From the NCBI GenBank assembly GCA_036172245.1, contig JAYWIR010000107.1, positions 1-64,000 on the forward strand: 64,000 nt of DNA, written 5' to 3'. The translations under genes and the position numbers were made by a program. Numbering within the stretch: the first letter of the stretch is position 1; the number at the start of each line of letters is the position of its first letter. Shown here in pieces: positions 51,201 to 61,272 of this stretch. Below the pieces are notes generated by a model that was not told the DNA's origin, did no database searches, and was given only the letters and a program-made list of their open reading frames with translations. This stretch comes from Raillietiella orientalis. Its lineage: Eukaryota.

Positions 51201-51709
51201 AGGAAGCCACCGAACGCTACGGGAGTGAACGGTTCAACCTGTTAGCGATCGGCACGACGCTCTGGAGGAGTGATCTTCCGCCGGGCACCCAGGATGACCT
51301 CCTGATGTTTTATCACGGAGGAATCCAGAGCGGGTCCCGATTGCAGCACTTCACAGGAAGACGGGAAGACCAAGACTGCGCAGCATGTGGAGACGACGAC
51401 ACGAGACTTCACGTCTTGACGTGTCCCACACTGCTGCATGACTGGCTGATCCTGAAAAGGATCATAGGACTTACCAACAAGTCCGTTATGGAGATCCTCG
51501 CCGGGATGTTTCATGGGGATGGTAATGTTCTCTGTTACAATCCCATGGTGAGGACGACCATAGCCCTCTTCATCACCGCCATACTTGTGCGGTGGTCGAA
51601 AATGAGGAAAGCCAGGAGAGCCGCACCACCGATGGAGATCCTACAAGGGCTCCTGAAGAGGGAAATCGGTATTAGAAACTGTGGGAAAATCCAAGCCTGG
51701 ACGTACTGA
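48251..51709 (+). CDS. ORF2 of element I: APE endonuclease, reverse transcriptase, C-terminal Zn motif; uninterrupted
   Basis: SWNVNG, NVYGP, GDLN, IDH, SDH, WRPIS, DMEKAFDSI, GVRQGDSLSP, YADD, YLG and CAACGDDDTRLHVLTC motifs. Confidence 0.93.
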   Translation: MTSSLSTARRLNIASWNVNGVVDQGKRRRNVRTIGQQDIVCLQQTHRMGLEISQRMERRFNGQMFVSEGERNTKDVAVLIKNHLAPTILEVFCPQPGRTIGVRLAWSATVHLILMNVYGPHRLKHRCAEALHAALRQKVSPKDVVIVAGDLNILDQIIHSEDARGRTAYRRLSDEFGLVWRTASHKPIDHVLHSTELGNRIQGFRDTMTTVSDHPLVRFSLRTQNPRRRQGPRAALISMPAWFETHPGHQAVLEAILTATTIRRVADWDSLKHRIHLFAHMQFGDRRLRQEAYRELIIQDRSLSKHFFQYESRYVFNNIKGEVGVLEKRNLATDIFCIQYDGQKRQSSEDIVDAFHRHYTKHFRRQQLCRSSQQAFLSYLENRTDDLQRNRLEEEFSDEEVKTAFGQLRKDVAAGPDSVPITHYQRYLHAYLRLFYQLTLCIREEGRLPQSFYESRMRLLPEGGDSTQIAQWRPISILNSDAKWLAKIWSNRLGKVMSRLISPVQTCAVPGRHMSDNVKCAQATVGLSRYVGENLVLVFTDMEKAFDSIDHGMLLKVLEKLGLPEHFSNFVRVVLQNQCCQIKINGQETAAIRMERGVRQGDSLSPMLFVIYMEALSSFIEKSGRLSGITIDGQRLTHLAYADDLLSFIKGEKNQRAFLDVVDLMEQGLGLKINSQKSQLLPVGILNLSTLTGSGFRTVDTAKYLGVYIGDDSALKLLWTEILGKTAKEAAKYTRTDLGMKRKANIWNEVLLPKVLFGAAFATMNKDTSREFDKLQRKTLWGHYRPRVRPKPQCRPREEGGSGMKSLAHSIEIMDTRHILDIATHWDDWPYAAHRAYALLLNNSKGLMTALLGKVGECITIDPTWRRMQRLVRKHRIKIVPRSRELWQDESILVIPWMLPVPPDTRSWIYQRSRVTLLQIQEWRRGGYLHQTRILRYTEMMLGRFTHRTREVWFNHNDFAWSRVTRTNLRRLIQESDRDTSALQEATERYGSERFNLLAIGTTLWRSDLPPGTQDDLLMFYHGGIQSGSRLQHFTGRREDQDCAACGDDDTRLHVLTCPTLLHDWLILKRIIGLTNKSVMEILAGMFHGDGNVLCYNPMVRTTIALFITAILVRWSKMRKARRAAPPMEILQGLLKREIGIRNCGKIQAWTY

Positions 51710-51880
51710 TTCATCCTGAAGAGAATAGAAGACGACGCCCGGGACCAAACAGCAGGAAACCCACCATGAGTGCAGAACTTGTGAGAACCCAAGGACTTCA
51801 TAGTGTTAAAAAAAAGTGCTTATGGTATGGATGAGATTGTAGTGTGAATGGTTTTATAGAAAAATTTTAGAAAAATAAAT

Positions 51881-52485
51881 TTACCGCACCCCTCGTAGGA
51901 CTTGGGGAAAACTGCCGAGTCGGCGATGGAGCGACTGCATGCAGCGTGCTTTTGCTCGTCGCGACGCTGCTTTTTACGGCTTTCGTGGCCTTTGCAGAGG
52001 GGCCTGCGCTGCAGTTGGGCTGTCCGGAACTCGGAAGGGAGAACGGAACGGGGCAATAAGTCTTCGCACTGTTGCGATCTTCCTGTTTTCCTACCTTTCC
52101 CTCCATGGTGTTACGCAGATTTCCTGGTTCCTGGCTCGGAGAGGTGCCTGAGTGTTCGGCAGCGAGGGAGTGCACGGCACGCGTCAAATCCTCGCGCCCC
52201 TTTTTAATTGGCTTCCCCGCCGTGACTTCCCCCTTTCGCGACGTTGCGGGCGGGGATGCTTTCTTTTCATCCGCGGATCGCTCGTTTTTTTTTGCCTAGT
52301 TTTTGCAAACGACGTTTTCTATTGCATCCAGTGGCTTGCTCCTCCACACTATCCTGTGTACTCACCATGTTGTACTATGCTACTTGGCAGATACCACAGG
52401 AACACACAAGTGCAAGCTAAAACGCAGGCACAAAGTTGCCCGATCGTTGGCGCCGATGGACGCGCAAACACGTCTGCACTGTACG
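51881..52485 (-). mobile_element. Element H/K upstream part: 5' end plus mid-ORF1 (knuckle region apparently deleted)
   Basis: AGACGTGTTT at 52475-52466; LQKLGKKNERS...GKPIKKG resembles F ORF1 LQKFGKNARR...GEPQKKG. Confidence 0.7.
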
Positions 52486-52632
52486 AGCGCAAAAGATCGG
52501 ACAGATCTCCGGAGGGCGGCTATGGTACAGGTGTGGGAGACCGAAAAGTTGCGGTGTTGCCTACCTGATTCGGCCAGGCGTCAAGGCCGCGGCTCGGGGC
52601 GTGCGGTTCGACGATCACGGTCGTGTAAGCCA
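52486..52632 (+). pseudogene. P0: EN fragment of a subfamily I element (possible continuation of C)
   Basis: AQKIGQISGGRLWYRCGRPKSCGVAYLIRPGVKAAARGVRFDDHGRV follows on from where C stops (EQAQEI). Confidence 0.8.
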
Positions 52633-55580
52633 TTCACACCCGGGTGTGCCGGGGCATTTATTTCTTGGAAATAAAAATACATGGAATATCGCGTGGCGAA
52701 CTCGAAGGTTCACCACTCCAAAACAGCTTGCTGGTTACCGGCTCCATGCCGGAGAGGTCCTTCCGATGCGCGGGGATGGGAAATAAAGAAAAACAAAAAG
52801 AAACAAAAAGTTCAAATGTGGGGGAGGGACCAAATGTTGTAGGGGTGGGAGGGCCGGGAAGGGATCACGGTGCGCGTGGAAAGGTCCTCTAGATCCTATT
52901 CAGGATCCGCACAAGCTGAGTCCTTTCAGCGCCCAAGTGGCGCCACTTGCAGACACTGCGCGCGAAAAGGCGAGTCCAGTGTAAGGCGTTGCCGGTTGGC
53001 TGACGCCTTCTTCTGGTGGCGTTCCAAGCCGCCACTATTCCTCTGATGCAGCAGAGGACTGCTACACTAGGGGGCAGGGACAAGGCGTCACTACAGAAGA
53101 GGCGCCTGAAAACGTCCTTCGGGCCGCATCCACGCAAGTCCAGGATCGCCGCGAGACGATCCCACAGAGGGCGGAGGGCGCTACACTCAAGGAGAAGGTG
53201 GAGGAATGTTTCTTTTTCCCCACACCGGTCACAATTGGGATCCACAGCCCCCCGGGTGGTGTGGTGCAGGCGTGCTTTGAATGGTAATCCCCAGAGTACC
53301 ACAAGCAACGCCACATCCTGCCATTTCAGAGGAAGGGATGCACTGTTCCAGGAAGCTGGGGGCCACTTCATCTCCTCCGGAGATAGTCCGAGTAGCTCAC
53401 CCCAGCGTCGAATTCCGTTGGACGGGACGCTCGGCGTCGCAGCGTCAGCTAGCTGCCGAGATGTCCACGCCTTTATCGATTGTGTCCTGCCGCCTATAGT
53501 GCAGGACACGGTCCATTTCCTCTGCTCGCTACTGTCCCTGGCATTCACAAGGAAGGGCAGCACTGGGGCGAGGGGGGTTATCAAGGCCCACAGAAGCTTG
53601 TCGTGGGACTGCACGATCTCCTGCAGCGTCCAGCGGGCGTGCCTTTTCATACAAGTGTTCCTTGTGCCCGCCGGAACGTGGATCTTTTCCCAGGTGGAGA
53701 CTGACTCGTGCAACCAGGCGGAGTAGTTCCCTGGGAGGCAGGAGATCCAGGCGTTCTCCCGGACCGCAACGAAGATGCGTCGCAGCATAGAGCCACAGTA
53801 TGGTCTTCTGCAGACGCGCGCAGACAGAAACGACAAAAGTCCGCCGATTCCGCAGGCTCGTTGGGCCAGGAGGCGTGCTGGAACGCACCAAGGCGTGTCC
53901 CACAATTCCGCCACAAGGGCAAGAGTCCTGAATCCAAGTTGTAGTTCCATGCGCTCCAGCGTAAGTACGCCAAGTCCACCGTCCTTACGTGGAGCGCACA
54001 AGTCTTTGAGCCTCACACGGGACCTCCCTTTGCCCCAAAGGACTGTCCTCAGGAGGCCCGCTGCTCGTTTTCGGATAAAATAAGGGGCGGGGCAAACAAA
54101 AAGTAGGGGGCGAAGGAGGGGAGCCGCGAACGCGTTCCACACCGCGGCCCGTTCCTGCAAGTAGAACTTGCCTTCTTGGAACGGACTGATCGCCAACGCT
54201 GCCTTTTGGAGACGGTCGGACCAGGCTTCTGCTGCGCAGAAGTCCCCCAACGGTACGCCGAGGTACTTGAAGCACCTGCCCGTGGGGATCCCCAAACGGA
54301 TCCAGTCCGACCGTCCAGCCCACGCCGAAGCGACGAAGACCATGGACGACTTCGCCCTGTTCACCTCCAGGCCCGTCCCGCGGCGCAGCAACTCGAAGAA
54401 GTCCTCGAGTGCACTCGCCGGGGTGGACCCGGGAAGCAGCAGCTGAAGATCGTCTGCATAGGCCGACACGGCAGGCGTGCCGGCACACGAGCTCGGCAGG
54501 GCTGCCAGAGTTACCCTGTATGCCCTCAGCACCAACTCAAAGTAGATGCTGAAGAGCAAGGGGCTCAGGCTGTCACCCTGCCGGATGCCGCGGCGTACGG
54601 GCACGCCGTACACGTGCCGGCCGCTGAAACCAATATTGATTGACGCGTTGCGCCAGCAGGAGCGCAGGTAAGATTGAAGCACGGCAGGGAAACCCATGCG
54701 TTCCAGGAGCTCCAGAAGGAGATCCTGGTCGACGCAGTCGAATGCTTTGTGCAAATTGACCGCGACGGCAAAGGCTCCCGCCGAGTCCATCCCACCCTCT
54801 GCCCGATCTTCTTGGTCAGAGGGGGGCGCGAGGCTCCCTTGACCGTCCTGTGCAACGCGTTGTCGCAACTGCCACCATGAGCTGGCGAGGAGCAGGTTGG
54901 CCTCCATGGTTCGTCCGGGAACAGCATAGGTCTGCTCGGGACTCACCACGGAAGCGGCCACCCGCCCCAAACGCTCAGTCCACAACTTAGCATACAACTT
55001 TGCGTCCGCATTCACTACTGTGATGGGACGCCAGTTGCCAATGTTGCGTAAGTCTCCTGACTTCGGCAGGAGACGTACTTTAGCTGACCGGAACGAGGCT
55101 GGAACTTCGCCGTGTTCGCGGATCAGCGCACTTAACCTGAGCACCAGGGGGGCCAGCTCTGGCGCGAAGCGATGGTAAAACTCCGCGGGCAGGCCGTCCT
55201 CCCCTGGTGCCTTCCTTCTCTTGAGCCTGTTGATGGCGGAGATGATCTCCGCCATCGTGAACGGTTCCGCCAATCTGGAACGGTCCTCCTCCTTGAGTGC
55301 GGGAGCACCATCCGGCAGCAGGCGCTGCGCGAAATGGCGCTCAGGTGTTAGTGGCGCGTACAAGGAGGAATAAAACTCCCGCACGATGCGGCTTACCTGG
55401 GCTGGGCTGGAGCGTTCTTGGCCCTGATGATCCAGCAGGCAGGCCGAGCCTGACTGCCAGGCCTGCCTCTCCGCCTCAGCCTTAAATTCAGCCAGGCGAC
55501 GGACGTCGGGACGCCGGGAATAACGGCGCGCCTGGAGGTACGCCCGCTCGTTCCTGACACCCTTACCGAAGCCCGTGGAC
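52633..55580 (-). mobile_element. Element M1: ORF2 from GFG through RT and Zn motif (open to 52889) plus 3' terminus
   Basis: ORF 52889..55750 from GFGKGVRNER onward; YADD; CDRCGEKETFLHLLLEC; hairpin at 52662-52636. Confidence 0.9.
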
Positions 55581-55621
55581 GCGACCAAAAGACACGTCCG
55601 ATGGACGTGTCTTTTGGTCGC
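55581..55621. repeat. Perfect 19-bp inverted repeat (3-nt spacer) formed from the 5' end of element P1
   Basis: gcgaccaaaagacacgtcc-gat-ggacgtgtcttttggtcgc. Confidence 0.97.
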
Positions 55622-55698
55622 TCCGCCAACGCCTGTCTGGGAAGCAACCGGAGTTTTTTTAGTGTAGTCAGGTGTTAAGTGTGGGTTGTCGGTGTCCG

Positions 55699-57450
55699 AT
55701 GGCAGCCGTGCCAGAGGACACGGCGATGGATGTGGTTGTGGGGGAGGCAAGTCCTACCACAGGACCTACATCTATGGGGGCAATAGTCCCTGGAACGTCT
55801 TCGCAGCCGGCGAAGACTTGGAGTGAAATGGTCGCCGCCCCCAGTGCGGAGGCCATGGCAGAGGAAGCCGCCTATCGGGCCTCTGAATACAAGCCATCGC
55901 TTGTATACAAGGTAGGCCCTTTGTTTGAAGGAAACACGGCGCGCTCTTTCAGCAGAGCGCTACAAAATGCTAATGTCCGTGAGGAAGATCTGGACGGTCT
56001 GTGCGTGCTCAGCGGGGCGCAGCGGGTTGAGCTGGTGTGCAAGAGCATCAGCCTAGCCGATCGCCTTATAAATACCCCGCTGATCATGGACGGCCGTAAG
56101 ATCTTCCCGGTGTCAATGGACCACTCGGTAGTGGTCCACTTGACAGGAATATCCAAGCGCATGACGCGCACTGCCGTAAAAGCAGAATTAAGTAAGTACG
56201 GGGACGTACACGCGCTGTGGCCGAAGCCCACAATCTTTGAGGGCTACGGACGCCACTTCGGGGGCTTGGCTGCGGCACGCGTAACCCCAAAAAACGAAGC
56301 GAAGCTACCCCACAAACTTGAGGTCGCGGGAGAACTAGTAGACCTCTGGTATGCTGGCAAGCCACGGTATTGCGGCTACTGCGATGCGGTCGGACACATC
56401 CGTAAGAGGTGCCCGAACATCGTATGCTACTTGTGCGGGGAGAAGGGACACGTCCGTCGCGTGTGCCCTAAACGCCCCACCCCAATTTCCTCGGCCGCCA
56501 AAAAGGCGCAAGCGAAACGCGCGGGGAAAGAAAAATTAGAAAACCGTGAAACTGGCCGAGAAAAGCTGCCAATAACCCAAGCTTCAAGCGCAGCATCGGA
56601 GAAAAATCTTCCCGAAACCGCAGAGGGTGAACAGGGCTGGCAGCTAGTCAAAGCCAAAAAAGAAAAAAAGGACAAGCATGTCCCGAAGAAAGGAGAGAAG
56701 GCGGCGGCCGGAACAAAAGCTCAATCCGTGTCGCGCGTAAAAACTCTCCGAGAATGCACGGTTACGCTGGAGCGCATTGACGTTCCCGCCGACACCACCG
56801 GAGGCGATACGGCTTCGATCGATTTTCCCGCCGCGACGAATGCGCGCGAAAACCCACCCCCCGTTTGCGAAGAGGGTCAGCCGGACGACAAAATCGCCGA
56901 AACCAAGGACGCAGCCTTCGAGAAGGCCGCCGAGGAGCTTGCGGCAACGCTTGCCGAACGCGAGAACCCTTCGCGAAAGGGGTTGCGTAGGCCGGCAGCG
57001 GCTAAAGTGGCCCCCGCAGGTGAGTCGGACCGGGAGGCCGGAAGTGCATCCTCCTCTGCGGAAGCACCACCAAGGAAAGCGGGGCGAAAATCCCAGAAAC
57101 CCCGAAGGTGCATTGCGCCTCCGCGCGAGGGGGATGCAATGGTGGAGGAACCAGTGGATGGCAGCGTGGGAGCCCAAGTCGGGCATCACCCACGTGCGGA
57201 AGCCGAAGAGGAGGCGACTCCAATGGAGGACGGTAACCAAGGGTCAGCAATGCCCTCTGAAACCGCCGAACCTGAACCACCCGCACCAATGGATGTGGGC
57301 CAACAGGTACGAACAACACCCCCTTCGCACGGGCAGCCGGAGACGTCGGCACGAAAGAAGGATGGGGAGTTGGTGGGCAAGACGCCAACCCCGTCCAGCG
57401 ACCCGCCCCAAAAGGTGGCGGGAGCTCCACCGCCAGGTTCCCAGGAATAA
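55699..57450 (+). CDS. ORF1 of P1 (two CCHC knuckles); open
   Basis: CGYCDAVGHIRKRC, CYLCGEKGHVRRVC; first ATG at 55699. Confidence 0.88.
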   Translation: MAAVPEDTAMDVVVGEASPTTGPTSMGAIVPGTSSQPAKTWSEMVAAPSAEAMAEEAAYRASEYKPSLVYKVGPLFEGNTARSFSRALQNANVREEDLDGLCVLSGAQRVELVCKSISLADRLINTPLIMDGRKIFPVSMDHSVVVHLTGISKRMTRTAVKAELSKYGDVHALWPKPTIFEGYGRHFGGLAAARVTPKNEAKLPHKLEVAGELVDLWYAGKPRYCGYCDAVGHIRKRCPNIVCYLCGEKGHVRRVCPKRPTPISSAAKKAQAKRAGKEKLENRETGREKLPITQASSAASEKNLPETAEGEQGWQLVKAKKEKKDKHVPKKGEKAAAGTKAQSVSRVKTLRECTVTLERIDVPADTTGGDTASIDFPAATNARENPPPVCEEGQPDDKIAETKDAAFEKAAEELAATLAERENPSRKGLRRPAAAKVAPAGESDREAGSASSSAEAPPRKAGRKSQKPRRCIAPPREGDAMVEEPVDGSVGAQVGHHPRAEAEEEATPMEDGNQGSAMPSETAEPEPPAPMDVGQQVRTTPPSHGQPETSARKKDGELVGKTPTPSSDPPQKVAGAPPPGSQE

Positions 57451-58252
57451 CACCTGGACTCGCCTGTCGCCGTCGGATCCGCGCGGCCAGTTGGAATGTT
57501 AACGGGCTGCGCGACGACGGAAACAGACGAGATACAGCAGCCACCTTGCGAGATTTCGACCTGGTACTTTTGCAGGAGATCCACGTGATCACCGCAAAAG
57601 ACGCCCAGGAGATCGAAACGATTGCGGGAGGGCGGTTGTACTGGCGATGCGGCGCCCGCAACACTTGTGGGGTCGCGTTCTTCCTAAAGCCAGCCATTAA
57701 CGCGGCCGTGAAGGGCGTGCGCTTTGGGGACGACGGACGGATCGGCCAACTGATTCTCAGATGGTCCGATTCGATCGACCTCATCGTCACCAATGTGTAC
57801 GCTCCTAGCGGTAAACAGGGATACCAGCAGCGCAACGCGTTACTGGAAACCTTGAAGCGCGAATGGCTGGTGGACGCGGACGTGCGAAAGGCGCATCTGA
57901 TAGCAGGGGATTTCAACGTCCGTCTGCTCTCAGATCAGCCCGGAGCACAGGGTAACGCGATCAACGAGTTGTGCGCCGCCATGCGCGCGCGCAACTTGTT
58001 GACAGAAATAAGCGGGATGGTCAGCAGCGTGGACCACGTCTTCCTCGACGAAGACCTGTGCACACGGGTCGGAAAACGAGGGACACTTGGATCGACGCTG
58101 TCGGACCATTCCCGGTTAATTTTCGAGATGCGGCCTCGCGAAAAAGGACCGCCATCCAGGGACTGGCGTCTGCCGGGAGACTGGACGCGACTCTCAGGTG
58201 CGAAGGAACACCTTCGCGAATACCTGAGAGGCGTCACGCTCTGGAATCTCCA

Positions 58253-61172
58253 TTGAAACCCGGGTGCGCCGGGACGTTTATTCTCACGAATAAACCTGTA
58301 CAACCTGTGACTGGACCAGTAGCCCAGCCACGCCCTGGAAAGATATAGCTTGCCGGGCTACCGGTGCGCAGACCGACGCGGTCGACCTCAGCAGCAGAGG
58401 GGAGGAAGAACGAAACAAAAAGAAAACAGAAAATAAACAAAAATCAGGGAGGGAGCGGGAAGGGATCACACTCTGCTGGGAGGGTCCGTCATCCTCTGGA
58501 GGATGCCGGCAAGCTGTTTCTGCTTGTGTGGTTCCAGATGGGGCCATCGCGTCGCCATCCTGAGGAAACGGGCGGCATACACGTTGGCATCCCTGTCGCT
58601 GGATCCTCCCGTCGCTTTGCTCCATGCCACGACGATCCCGCGTAGGCAGCACAGGGCTGCAAGCGAGGCCGTTGGAGGCAGGGCGTCACGGACGAAGAGG
58701 GGGCGCAAAGCGTCTCTAGGGTTGCCTCCGGGGATCCCCAGGGCTGCGGCAAAGCGTTCCCACAAGGGACGGAGGGCAACACAATCCACTAACAGGTGGG
58801 GGAGGTATTCCCTCTCCCCGCACCTGACACAATTAGGGTTGACACCCCCCCGCGTCCAGTGGTGTCGGCGGGCGTTGCAAGGAAGCCCCCAATGCAACAC
58901 CAGCAGTGCCGACTGTTGCGACTTCATGGGGAGGGTGCGCGAGTCCATGAGCACCGGGGGCCACTCGAGATGTTCCTCTGGAACATCCAGTAGCCCTCCC
59001 CAGCGCAACAGTCCATTTGGGGTGGTCCTCGGGGTCGCAGCGTTGGTGAGCTGACCCGTTCTCCAATCCCCGATCTTCTTTGCCCTGCTGGCGATCTTGA
59101 CAGTAACCTCCCATTGTGCCGCGACGTCGCTGCCCAGATGTTCCCGTAGGGTAGGCAGTACCGCAGCAAGGGAGGTTCTTTGTGCCCACGCTCTCCTTCG
59201 GGGATTCTCGATGATTTCTCGGAGCGTGCGGTGGACATGCGGCCAGAACAGAGCTATTCGCTCGTGTTGCGGGCTCTGCTCCTGAATCATCGCCCACGTG
59301 CGGACGGTTTCCTGCAACCAGGCAGGACCGTTCGCGGGGCGTACGAGGATCCGCGCCGAGTTGTTCTTCACGAGCTTGGCCGCCCTCCGAAGTTGAAGTC
59401 CGCAGTGGCAGATGGGGCTTCGGAGTGCAAAGTAGGACGAGAGTCCCGCATTGCCGGTGGCCCCCTCGACGAGGAGACGTGCAGGGAGGCACCAAGGGGT
59501 GCACCAATTTTCTGCCATAAAGGCAACAACTTGGAACTGGAGCTGTAGCTCCAGCCGCTCCAACGTTACGAGGCCCAGACCACCATCCCGACGAGAAGCG
59601 CACAAGTCCGAAAGACGGACTCGGGGCCTCCCTCTGCCCCAAAGGGCGATCCTCAGGAGGTCCTTCGTCCTCTTCTTTGACTCCGCTGAGGGGGGGCTAG
59701 CAAAAAGCAAGGGGCGAGGGAGGGGAGCCGCAAACGCGTTCCACGCCGCGGCCCGTTCATGCAGGAAGAACCTGCGGTCCTGGAACGGGCCGATCGCCGC
59801 CTGAGCCTTCTGAAGGCAGCCGGACCACGCTTCCGCAGGGGAGTAATCCCCCAACGGCACACCAAGGTACTTGAAGTACCTCACCGTGAGGATCCCCAAA
59901 CGGACCCAGTCCTGCTGCCCTGCCCACGCCGCTCCGACTGGCATTACGGACGACTTCGCCCTGTTCACCGTCAGTCCTGTTCCCCGACTCAGCAGGTCAA
60001 AGAAGTCCTCGACCGCCGAGGCCGGGGTGGACATAGGCAGCAGCAGCAGCAAGTTCGTCCGCGTACGCCGAAACCGCAGGCGTACCGGGACAATCGCACG
60101 GCAGGCGCGCCAGAGTCTTCCTGTACGCTCTCAGCACCAATTCGAAATAGGCGCTGAAGAGCAAGGGGCTGAGGCTGTCTCCCTGCCGTATGCCGCGTCG
60201 CACCGGTACGCCGTACACGGTGGATCCACTAGAAAGAACATTAATAAGCGCGTAGCGCCAGCTGGAGCGCTGGTAAGCCTGCAAAGAGGCCGGGAATCCC
60301 AAGCGTTCCAGAAGCTCCAGAAGGAGATTCTGGTCGACGCAATCGAATGCTTTATGCAAATCGACTGCGACCTTGAGGGCTCCTCTCCCCTCCCGACCAT
60401 CCCGTCCCCCACCGACGGACGCACCGGAATTCCGGTTGCTTATTATGTTCCTTCCTTGTTGGAGCTCTAACCATGTGGAAGCGTGGAACAGGTTCGCCTC
60501 CATACTTCGCCCGGGATCAGCATATGTCTGTTCCGAGCTGATGAAGATGTTGGCGACCCGTCCCAGGCGCTCTGCCCACAGCTTGGCTAGCAACTTGGCG
60601 TCCGCATTCACTATTGTGATGGGACGCCAGTTGTTCATGCTCCTAAGGTCTCCTCCCTTAGGGAGGAGCCGCACCTTTGCTGAACGAAACGAGGTGGGAA
60701 CGTCACCTGTTTCGCGGATCAGCAAGGTGAGCTGATGTACCATGGGAGTAAGCTCTGCCGCGAAAGTTTGATAAAACTCCGCAGGCAGGCCGTCCTCTCC
60801 TGGAGCCCTTCGCCTCTTGAGCTTTCCGATGGCCGAGATGATCTCGCCCATCGTAAAAGGCTCGACGAGGTTCCTTTTCTCCTTCTCCCCGATTGCTGGA
60901 GCACCTTCCGGAAGCAGGAGTCGTGAGACAGTATGCTCCGAAGGCGCCCTGGCGTACAGGGAGGAGTAAAATTTCCTCACTATCCTGCGTTTCCAAGCGA
61001 GAACCGAGTGCTCCCGGCCCTGGTCGTCCAGCAAGCTGGCCGACCCGGATTGCCAGGCTTGCTTCTCGGCTCCCGCTCGATACTCTGCTAACCTGCGCAT
61101 GTCGGGGGTTCTCGCGTAACGTCGGGCCTGAAGATAGCACCTTTCGTTACGCGGCCCCTCCCCAAATCCCTC
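58253..61172 (-). mobile_element. Element M2: ORF2 from GFG to the 3' terminus, one frameshift just after YAD
   Basis: ORFs 59997..61409 (from GFGEGPRN) and 58466..60052; hairpin at 58282-58256. Confidence 0.9.
58256..58282 (-). terminator. Conserved 3'-terminal AATAAA plus CCCGG-loop-CCGGG hairpin; representative of 8 copies
   Basis: AATAAACGTCCCGG-CGCAC-CCGGGTT; equivalents at ~14786, 18812, 21918, 25272, 37002, 41711 and 52636. Confidence 0.8.
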
Positions 61173-61272
61173 TCCTCGAGAGCGGACGTGTTTTTCCGGC
61201 GCTCCGCGAACGAGCAGCGGAAAGCGGTTTTTTTTTGGTTCAGTGTGTGCTTTTTCACATCGTTGGTGTCCG

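Larger units (their letters stand above)
46269..51880 (+). mobile_element. Element I: apparently full-length, divergent L1/Tx1-type LINE (5.6 kb) inserted antisense in ORF1 of H
   Basis: Removing it with one copy of a flanking tta (46266-46268, 51881-51883) restores the H ORF1 frame (...RGAV|ITPPFR...). It ends 1 nt after AATAAA (51874-51879). Confidence 0.88.
55581..58252 (+). mobile_element. Element P1: subfamily II, 5' end, ORF1 and EN domain; interrupted by M2
   Basis: GGACGTG at 55603; ORF1 and EN are open until LRGVTLWNLH. Confidence 0.92.

Noticed and set aside
57436..57450. TCCCA before the ORF1 stop as a calicivirus-type TURBS
   Set aside because: TURBS motif 1 is UGGGA. The element carries its reverse complement, which could not pair with 18S rRNA in the same way.
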